In this document: piece by piece, positions 57,010 to 64,000 of the stretch
Layout: the number at the start of each line of letters is the position of its first letter
Position numbering within the stretch: the first letter of the stretch is position 1
The notes under the pieces: generated by a model
The model's database searches: none
What the model saw: the letters and a program-made list of their open reading frames with translations, nothing else
What the model was told of the DNA's origin: nothing
Translations under genes and position numbers: made by a program
NCBI GenBank assembly: GCA_963824385.1
Contig: CAWGPD010000002.1
Span: 258,420 to 322,419 of the forward strand
DNA: 64,000 nucleotides
Reading direction: 5' to 3'
DNA from: an uncultured Nitrososphaerota archaeon
GTDB lineage: Archaea; Thermoproteota; Nitrososphaeria; Nitrososphaerales; Nitrosopumilaceae

Positions 57010-58338
57010 ATGAGGCCGGCAAAAGAACTTCTCAAGAACCAGGACGTCAGGCGATGGTATGAAAACATGGCAAGGGGAAGCAAGCTTACTGCATCTGTAA
57101 GACTAAGAAGACTGAATCTTTTCTGCAAGAGGACCGACAAGACCCCTGCTGAGCTTGTAAGCGTTGGACAAAAAAATATCATGGATCTAGAAAATATTTT
57201 GCTTGATCATGTATCATGGCTTGAATCACAAAATTATGCACCGGGATACACTGATGGAATACTAAAAGCAATCAGGTCATGGCTTGCATTCAACTATGTG
57301 CAGCCAAAAAGAAGAATCAAGATAACAAATGCCGACATCCCGGTAAGGATACAGGATGAGCGAGTTCCAACAAAGGAAGAGCTTGCATCAATACTTGATG
57401 TGTCAGGACCGCGTGGAAGAACAAGCATCAGCCTGATGGCACTTGCAGGTCTGCGTCCGCAGGTTCTTGGAAACTATGATGCAACGGACGGCCTTTGTCT
57501 GTCTGATGTAGAAGGGCTTGCAATAAAAGATGATACAGTATCACTTTCTAAAATTCCTTCCATGATAACAGTAAGGCCAAATATTTCAAAAGCAAAAAAC
57601 AAGTACTTTACATTTCTTCCCCGACAGGGATGCAACTATCTTCTGGGATATCTGAAAATGAGACTCTCAGACGGTGAAAGACTTGATGCAAGCTCTCCTG
57701 TTATTGTATTTGAAAAAGGATACGAATTAAGAAGAAACAAAATATCTGCTACAAAATTTATCACAACAAAAAATATCACATCGGAGATAAGAGATTCAAT
57801 AAGAGCCGTGATCAAGGCAAGGCCATATGTTCTCCGGGCATATTTTGATACGCAACTGCTCCTGGCAGAAAGCAATGGAAAGATTGCCCATGCATATAGA
57901 CAATTTTTCATGGGGCATAAGGGCGACATGGAAGCACGATATACAACCAACAAGGGCAGGCTTACAACTGAACTAATAGAGGACATGAGGAGGGCATTTG
58001 CCCAAAGCGAGCAGTTTCTCTGCACTGATCTTAATGTGGATGCAGTACAGGACAAAAAACAGCTATTGCTTGAGATGTGGAAGGAGCAGGCCACGCTCTA
58101 TGGAATAGATCCATTGAAGATAAAAATAGAAAAGCAAAGAAATGATGGCCCGGTTCCAGTCGAGAACAAGATTGAGGCAATTAAAACTGCAATCCAGGAA
58201 TCAATGAAAGAAAAAGAGGGCGAAAGATACGATAGTCTACTGGTCGATGAAGACGATCTTGTCCTGTATGTCAAAAAAGGCTGGGATATAGTAAAAGAGC
58301 TTTCAAGTGGCAGGATCTTGATCCGCAGGCTCGTATAG
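57010..58338 (+). CDS. Tyrosine recombinase/integrase
   Basis: LAGLRP (Arg), KAKNKY (Lys), YVLRAY (H-x-x-R position), FMGH, ARY (Tyr); adjacent to tRNA. Confidence 0.9.
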   Translation: MRPAKELLKNQDVRRWYENMARGSKLTASVRLRRLNLFCKRTDKTPAELVSVGQKNIMDLENILLDHVSWLESQNYAPGYTDGILKAIRSWLAFNYVQPKRRIKITNADIPVRIQDERVPTKEELASILDVSGPRGRTSISLMALAGLRPQVLGNYDATDGLCLSDVEGLAIKDDTVSLSKIPSMITVRPNISKAKNKYFTFLPRQGCNYLLGYLKMRLSDGERLDASSPVIVFEKGYELRRNKISATKFITTKNITSEIRDSIRAVIKARPYVLRAYFDTQLLLAESNGKIAHAYRQFFMGHKGDMEARYTTNKGRLTTELIEDMRRAFAQSEQFLCTDLNVDAVQDKKQLLLEMWKEQATLYGIDPLKIKIEKQRNDGPVPVENKIEAIKTAIQESMKEKEGERYDSLLVDEDDLVLYVKKGWDIVKELSSGRILIRRLV

Positions 58339-58350
58339 CGAAATAACAAG

Positions 58351-58405
58351 TATGCATTATTAATTTCCCCAAACCGCGTAAAGTTTAGAGGATGTAACAT
58401 TTACA
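58351..58405 (+). repeat. Left arm of the ~55-bp inverted repeat enclosing the ATPase gene
   Basis: tatgcattattaatttccccaaacc-gc-gtaaagttta-gagga-tgtaa-cat-ttaca. Confidence 0.9.
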
Positions 58406-59579
58406 TGATTTCTGATACTTTGAGCCATTCGGCAAATAGATTATCAGTAAATTCGTAGATTCCACGTTCCCGTCTTTTCAAAACTGCCTTGCTACAAAGT
58501 GAAACTAGTGCTGAACTTATGGTGGCATTACTCATGAATTCATCCTTTTCAATATCTGTAGGCTTTTTTTCAGGAGACTTTGCAAGTGCCTTTAACACCT
58601 TAATTTCTGATGGGGTCTGGTTTTCTGTAAATTCTTTAAATGATTGCTCTCCTTCTTTCTTTAATATCGTTTTAACAATATCATAAAGTTTTTTGCTATC
58701 AAGTTTTACCATATCATGTAACTGAATTTCTTTTCCTAAAAGCTGTAGATTGTATGGAATTCCACTAGAAATCTTGTAAAGTTCTTCTTTTGTTTGACTG
58801 TCAATAAACTTTAGACCTGGAAGATAATGTGTGATGAACTTATCAAATTCATCCTTAGTAAAAGGTTCTACTTCTCGAAGAAGTAGCTGTTTGTAGAAAG
58901 GCGCACTTGTTTTTGCCACCAAGTTATCTAGCGTATCACGATAAGATCCTGAAACCACTAGTTTTGTATACTTGAAGTCTTCAAATAATGTTCGTATCAA
59001 TTTTACCATATCGAATCCCATCTTTCTGTTTTTTTCTCCGTAAGTGAGCTCAACTATGGACGGAAATTCATCGATGATCAGAACACATTTGGTTTTTGTC
59101 ATCTCTGCCAAATGTTCTATTAAAGAGATAGATTTTGTAACAGCTTCCTCGACATCCTCTGATTCTTTTTTGATATATGATAAGGATAGCTTGAGATCTT
59201 CTGCAACTTTGGCAGATAAATTAAGGCCAGAAAGAAAATTGCCTAATGCTTTTGCGCCAGTTACTAGAAGCTCTTCAAATTTGAATTTCTTTGGTAGTTT
59301 ATGTTCAAATGCACTTAATGCAACTCTATCCAATACTCTTGTAAATTCATCAACAGTAGTTGGCAAGATTCTCCATATTGAGATATAGATAACAGGTATG
59401 CGCTGTTTTGTCAATCTACTTTCAACCTCTTTTAGTATACTTGTTTTTCCTATACGCCTTATTCCTGACAACGAGAAACCGATTTTATTCTTGGAGGAGA
59501 GCTCTCTTGTTAATTCGCCAACTAGTTCTTCTCTTCCTATGAAGTCATTTCCGGTTACTGAATATAGCGTAAACGACAC
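58401..59579 (-). CDS. Archaeal-type AAA+/P-loop ATPase with C-terminal winged-helix
   Basis: FIGREE, GIRRIGKTS (Walker A), LIIDEF (Walker B), VVSGS, SGIPYNLQ, C-terminal ...GIYEFTDNLFAEWL. Confidence 0.85.
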   Translation of the reverse strand: MSFTLYSVTGNDFIGREELVGELTRELSSKNKIGFSLSGIRRIGKTSILKEVESRLTKQRIPVIYISIWRILPTTVDEFTRVLDRVALSAFEHKLPKKFKFEELLVTGAKALGNFLSGLNLSAKVAEDLKLSLSYIKKESEDVEEAVTKSISLIEHLAEMTKTKCVLIIDEFPSIVELTYGEKNRKMGFDMVKLIRTLFEDFKYTKLVVSGSYRDTLDNLVAKTSAPFYKQLLLREVEPFTKDEFDKFITHYLPGLKFIDSQTKEELYKISSGIPYNLQLLGKEIQLHDMVKLDSKKLYDIVKTILKKEGEQSFKEFTENQTPSEIKVLKALAKSPEKKPTDIEKDEFMSNATISSALVSLCSKAVLKRRERGIYEFTDNLFAEWLKVSEIM

Positions 59580-59586
59580 ACTATAC

Positions 59587-59641
59587 TGTAACCTTTACAG
59601 GATTTAAACTTTACAGGGTTTGGGGAAATTAATAATGCATA
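59587..59641 (-). repeat. Right arm of the ~55-bp inverted repeat; contains the probable TATA box of the ATPase gene
   Basis: Reverse complement tatgcattattaatttccccaaacc-ct-gtaaagttta-aatcc-tgtaa-agg-ttaca. Confidence 0.9.
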
Positions 59642-59746
59642 ACTGTGTTGCAACTAAAACAGTCACATATTACGCCATCTGGCGTAACGCCTTTTGGCGT
59701 AACAAATTCATCTTTAAAATTGGAACAGATGGATACACAGAATCTT

Positions 59747-60100
59747 TCAAGATGCAAGGTGCCCATTTGCTGTAGATTGACACAGCAACAACAAGGACTC
59801 GACAGTCTCCTCTTTGCTCTTGTAGGAGCTCTCTCCGATGACTGACAATAGGGCATTTACCAGATTCATGTATGGTTTGATTGCATTGCTAACAATTAGA
59901 TCAAAAAATTCGTGTCTCAGAGTTTCCAGTGCCATATGAGAGCTTGTGGAATAGATGTAGATTGTATTGCCTATAACTTCACCTTCTTTTTTCCCATTCT
60001 GTCTTGGAGACCAGATTATCCTGATCTCTTTTTTGATTCCTGTAATGGACTTGAGTCTGTCAAGCTCATCTTGTAATGATTTGGAAGATGTTGTCGACAT
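59747..60100 (-). CDS. Hypothetical protein with zincin-like HExxD motif
   Basis: NTIYIY...ETLRHEFFD resembles minimal metallopeptidase domains. Confidence 0.55.
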   Translation of the reverse strand: MSTTSSKSLQDELDRLKSITGIKKEIRIIWSPRQNGKKEGEVIGNTIYIYSTSSHMALETLRHEFFDLIVSNAIKPYMNLVNALLSVIGESSYKSKEETVESLLLLCQSTANGHLAS

Positions 60101-60199
60101 TACAGGACAAGATCCAGTTTCTATTTAAGAACTAAAATTCTGGTTATCAAAACTAGATAACTTGTCAGTACTGTACTGTCTTGTTTATACTCTAGTCAA

Positions 60200-60229
60200 T
60201 GTAGACATTATTTGTCTACACTGTCTACA
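60200..60229. promoter_or_regulatory. Candidate operator: TGTAGACA-N5-TGTCTACA palindrome plus an extra TGTCTACA half-site
   Basis: Seen directly, in the divergent intergenic region between 60100 and 60294. Confidence 0.5.
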
Positions 60230-60293
60230 ATTTGGAGTTTTTAAAAGTAACAGCTGTTTTGCTCCTTAAATAATATACATATTTTGAAATGCA

Positions 60294-61574
60294 ATGAACT
60301 TGATTGGTTTAGATGCAAACCAACTAGATGTAGCAAAAGAGGGACTTGCTGGTATTCTGATATTCTATATCATACTGGATGTTGGAAGCCATTTGAGCAT
60401 GTATGCATTGGGAGAATCTCTAAGAAGAATACTTTCGATTTCAGGAATCTTTCTTGCCATTTCATTTGTGTTGATGTTAATATATGACCAGTTATTTGAC
60501 AAGTCAACAGCCACGTCTACTTTTGTGGTTATCTGGATTGGCTCACTGGCAGCTTCATTGTTTGCATCCTGGAAATTATATCACAGGATGCTTGAGCATT
60601 CCAGTCTAATCCAAGGCAGAGAGTCCGATGTTGTGAAAATAGCAAATAGGCAATCAGAAGAGATGCTCAAGCCGCTAAAAGATGAACTGTCGGCAGTACA
60701 TAAAACCCTGCAGAGAAATACCAACATGACCACCTTTTTGGCAGAGGCTATACTCAGTAATGATGATTCATTCGCTGAATTGAGAAAAAGTGTAGAGTAT
60801 GCAGAACAGGCCTTGAATGGAATGAAATCTGATATGGCATTCCGGGATGAAAAGTATGAACTGATTGTTGGCCAATATGATAATTGGCTAAACGAACACA
60901 AGGACAATTCCGAAATACAAACAAAACTTGCGCAACAAGCAGAATTACTTTTGGACAGACTGGATGTCTTTTTGGATCAACTTGATCTAGAATCTGACTT
61001 GTATGAAACTAGTACAGCAAATAAGGATGATACAGCATCGGGGTCAAAAGAAACACGGGCAATAGAGCCTTTGGATATGCAATCACAACAAATCGACCAA
61101 AGTGGCCAAAAGTCTAACCATGCACATAAACTGACACGAGAGGATGGTCTTCGTAACAGGGAGATGGGAAACCAGGAGCAGTTACGGTTCTCAGAATATC
61201 TTTCCTTGCAAGGCAAGAATCACAAGTGCAGTCTGCTCAATGGAACACCTGACTTTGAATTTCACATTGATGGTACAATAAAGTGTGTAGGTGCCTTCAA
61301 GTCTCTGACCCTCTCAGTCTATGGCTCGACAAAGCAGAGGTGGATTGGAAAGATCAAGCTGCTGGCAGAGATCAAGACTGCAAAAAAGTTTGACGTCTCC
61401 ATGATTCTCTTTGTGCGAAACATTGCAAACGGTCGAGTCTGGGCTACGGTAATATCTACTGAGAATCTCAAAGAGTTTAGGGGTGTCACAACTCCACTTG
61501 CATTAGTTGATAGTGACTCTGCTGCAGAGAAGGCATGCAGAGAGACACTTGAGATGGCACTGCAGCTTGTCTGA
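60294..61574 (+). CDS. Membrane protein with three N-terminal TMs, a coiled coil and a C-terminal PD-(D/E)xK-like domain
   Basis: Hydrophobic N-terminus; heptad-like middle; GNQEQ...GTPDFEF...VGAFKS. Confidence 0.55.
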   Translation: MNLIGLDANQLDVAKEGLAGILIFYIILDVGSHLSMYALGESLRRILSISGIFLAISFVLMLIYDQLFDKSTATSTFVVIWIGSLAASLFASWKLYHRMLEHSSLIQGRESDVVKIANRQSEEMLKPLKDELSAVHKTLQRNTNMTTFLAEAILSNDDSFAELRKSVEYAEQALNGMKSDMAFRDEKYELIVGQYDNWLNEHKDNSEIQTKLAQQAELLLDRLDVFLDQLDLESDLYETSTANKDDTASGSKETRAIEPLDMQSQQIDQSGQKSNHAHKLTREDGLRNREMGNQEQLRFSEYLSLQGKNHKCSLLNGTPDFEFHIDGTIKCVGAFKSLTLSVYGSTKQRWIGKIKLLAEIKTAKKFDVSMILFVRNIANGRVWATVISTENLKEFRGVTTPLALVDSDSAAEKACRETLEMALQLV

Positions 61575-61804
61575 AAAACTAACTAAGGTAGTTTCAGGGA
61601 TACATTATACCTTGCCCAGCTAGTTGTGAAACTTATCTGTCGATATTCCAATTTTTTATCTTTTTCAGGAATTATTTTATTTTAGTCAAGAGGGTATCAT
61701 CATTTACTTGATCGCTTGATGTAATGGCTCTTGACATCCAGTCAAGCTTGATGACTTCAAAAATGATAATAGCCTGTTGTGGTAATGTAACCTGCAATAT
61801 TTTT

Positions 61805-62684
61805 ATGACAAGAATTAATTTTATTAAAAAAAGATTCAGTGGCAGAACAGCAGCCTTGCTAGACAAGGTAACCCAAGTAATTTCCGAGTACCAAAACAAG
61901 GGTTACTCACTGACACTAAGGCAGTTGTATTATCAACTTGTTTCAAAAAATATTGTGGAGAATCTACCAAGGGAATACAAAAAACTCAGCCGATTACTTA
62001 CGGATGCAAGGATGGCAGGAATAGTTGACTGGGATGCAATAGAGGACAGAGGGAGAGTGTCAAGGATTCCTGCTCACTTTGAAAACTTGCAAGAGTTTGC
62101 AATGGCAGCTGCAAATTCCTACAGACTCGACAGGTGGAAAAATCAAAATTACTACATCGAGGTCTGGGTAGAAAAAGATGCATTGTCTGGCGTGATAGAG
62201 CCAATAACCAGAAAATACCATGTCAATCTTCTTGTAAATCGCGGCTATTCTTCTGCAAGTGCAATATTCGAGTCTGCTCAACGTATGACAAGACAGGCAT
62301 ATGGTATACACAAGAATTGCGTTATTCTATACCTTGGAGACCATGACCCAAGTGGTGAAGACATGGTACGAGACATACAGGAAAGACTGAATCGCTTTCA
62401 TGTCAATGTCAAAGTGGAAAAGATAGCACTCACAAGAAACCAAGTAGAAGAATACAAACTTCCACCAAATCCTACCAAAAGGTCAGATACACGATCTTCC
62501 CGATACAGGGCAGAACATGGCGATAAATCATGGGAGTCTTGATGCCCTGGGACCTGAGGTCTTGCGCGAGATACTGGAATGTAACATAAAACAATACCTC
62601 AACCTAAAAAAATACAACAAGATAGTAAGAAAAGAAGAGGACGAGAAAAAGAGACTTGTCCAACTTTGTAAGTCTCTGACGTGA
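61805..62684 (+). CDS. Topoisomerase-VI-A/Spo11-like TOPRIM-domain protein (frameshift near 62537)
   Basis: LTLRQLYYQLV, IEVWVEKDAL, RGYSS, YLGDHDPSG; WELDAL restored in the shifted frame. Confidence 0.8.
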
Positions 62685-62789
62685 CTTGATTTATCTCTGA
62701 GATATCAACAAAGAACTATTGCATCTATGCAGTTCATCTCGTTGCATTTTATGCCTTATAAACTTCAGGCATTTGTGTATCTGAGAACA

Positions 62790-63691
62790 ATGAATGAAAA
62801 CGAAACAATCCCAAACAAAAAGCAGCCGGTGCTTGCACTTGATATGGGCAGCGGTTTTGTCAAGGCCTCCTATGGAGAAAGAAAGGTAAAGTTTCCTTCC
62901 CTTTATGGATACAGGGAACCATCCAGACTGGATGATGATATAATGGGTAAAAGTGTAGACGAAAAAAGAAATAGGATCATAGAAGCTGTTGGCGAAAAGG
63001 CAATTGAGATGCAGGCCTACCCTACTGCAGTGGTTCTGCGCGGAGTCTCGGAAGGAATGCCTCTCTTGGAGAAACCATTCAAGGCACTGGTACACGAGTC
63101 CGTAAAAAGGCTGGATATATCAGAACAGGATCTTTCAAGTGTGACAGTCATAACGGGAATACCGTACGGAAACAGGTCTCAAAAAGAAGAGCTGCGAAGG
63201 CTTGTAAAATCTGCCATCAAACCAGCAAGATGTCTGGTGGTAAGCCAAAGCATTGGTACGCTTGTATGCGAAGGCAGGAGTGAGGGAATAGTGATATCGA
63301 TAGGGCAGGGTACCACCGAGATTGTCTGCTACAAAGATCTTAGGGCAGAGTTTGGCAGGTCGCTCAAGAACGCAGTTGACTTTTTACTATTTGATGATAC
63401 CACAGACAAGCTTGCCTATGTTGATATCAAAAATTGCAAGATATCCAGAACTAGAGTATGCGCTTTGGCAGACCTGATATCTGATGAGCTTGATGATATC
63501 AGCAAGATGATTCCAAGACAGTCTACGGGAAAACCAGACGTGATAATCTCAGGTGGCGGTATCCTCATTGATGGGCTTTACCAGGAGTGCAACAAAGAGT
63601 AAGGAACGCAAATCTTGTCATCTCACAGGATCCTGTCTTTAGCAATGTGCTTGGCATGAGTCGCTTACTTGAAATCGTGGCAGAAAAATAA
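62790..63691 (+). CDS. ParM/StbA-like actin-fold ATPase (frameshift near 63587)
   Basis: LALDMGSGFVK (phosphate 1), TGIP, ISIGQGTTEI (phosphate 2), ISGGG (adenosine); DPVFSNVLG in the shifted frame. Confidence 0.82.
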
Positions 63692-63705
63692 CAGCAATGG
63701 TATCA

Positions 63706-64000
63706 TTATACCTCAAACTGGGATTCTAGGTACTGTTCAGCAATAGCTTCTGTCATCATGTCTCTTTTTTCATTCAAGGCATCAAGACCTGAGCTTGGCT
63801 TGCTGTCCAAGTCATTGCAGATCTTTTCATGGTTACATCTAACAGGTTCTTCTTTTGATATGATGATTTCGTTATCCTCAAGCCTGAAGAAAAGCTTCAT
63901 GCCCCTGACTATGCCAAGATGTCTTGCATACTCTGAGGGTATTGTAATTGATAATGTGTTTTTTTCTTTTGGCCCGTACTTTTGTGCTTTTCTGGAATAA
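63706..64000 (-). CDS. AbrB/MazE/SpoVT-type DNA-binding protein (5' end at or beyond the window edge)
   Basis: Frame extends upstream of the listed Met: NTLSITIPSEYARHLGIVRGMKLFFRLEDNEIIISK. Confidence 0.75.
   Translation of the reverse strand, partial: YSRKAQKYGPKEKNTLSITIPSEYARHLGIVRGMKLFFRLEDNEIIISKEEPVRCNHEKICNDLDSKPSSGLDALNEKRDMMTEAIAEQYLESQFEV

Larger units (their letters stand above)
56900..64000. mobile_element. Integrated mobile element at tRNA-Val, extending beyond the window end
   Basis: Tyrosine integrase immediately 3' of the tRNA, followed by non-core genes (ATPase, TOPRIM, ParM-like, AbrB-like); no second att copy seen within the window. Confidence 0.8.

Noticed and set aside
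56847..57182. 111-aa minus-strand ORF
   Set aside because: Antisense to tRNA-Val and the integrase; no recognisable motif.
59629..59856. Short ORFs 59629..59856 (-) and 59645..59845 (+)
   Set aside because: They overlap the palindromic non-coding motifs and the 3' end of ORF 59747..60100; no protein-like features.
7160..63602. Programmed ribosomal frameshifting or mass pseudogenisation as the cause of split genes
   Set aside because: Breaks are scattered across unrelated essential genes with no common slippery motif, and even affect a tRNA; sequencing indels are more parsimonious.

Overview
AT-rich chromosomal segment of an ammonia-oxidising archaeon (Nitrososphaerota/Thaumarchaeota; inferred from gene content: aIF2, Nop10, PriS/PriL, AglB, AOA-type S-layer protein and cox cluster). 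It begins inside a giant surface-protein gene built on a 60-bp (20-aa) tandem array with higher-order periodicity. Then come housekeeping genes (glyS, nfo, primase, translation factors), an AglB-cyclophilin fusion, a cobalamin cluster, metK, Lhr, RPA, an ABC exporter, a small toxin-antitoxin islet at tRNA-Gln, the main S-layer gene, heme-copper oxidase genes, ilvE and aspartate kinase. Four tRNAs are present, one with a BHB intron. From ~56.9 kb to the window end lies an element integrated at tRNA-Val(TAC). It encodes a tyrosine integrase, then an AAA+/wHTH ATPase gene enclosed exactly by ~55-bp inverted repeats with internal TGTAA-N3-TTACA palindromes (the most striking unexplained structure here), a membrane-anchored nuclease-like protein, a TOPRIM protein, a ParM-like actin ATPase and an AbrB-type regulator. 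Many essential genes have single-base frameshifts, most likely uncorrected sequencing or assembly indels, so split ORFs are annotated as joined genes. Calls come from motif recognition only; no searches were run.
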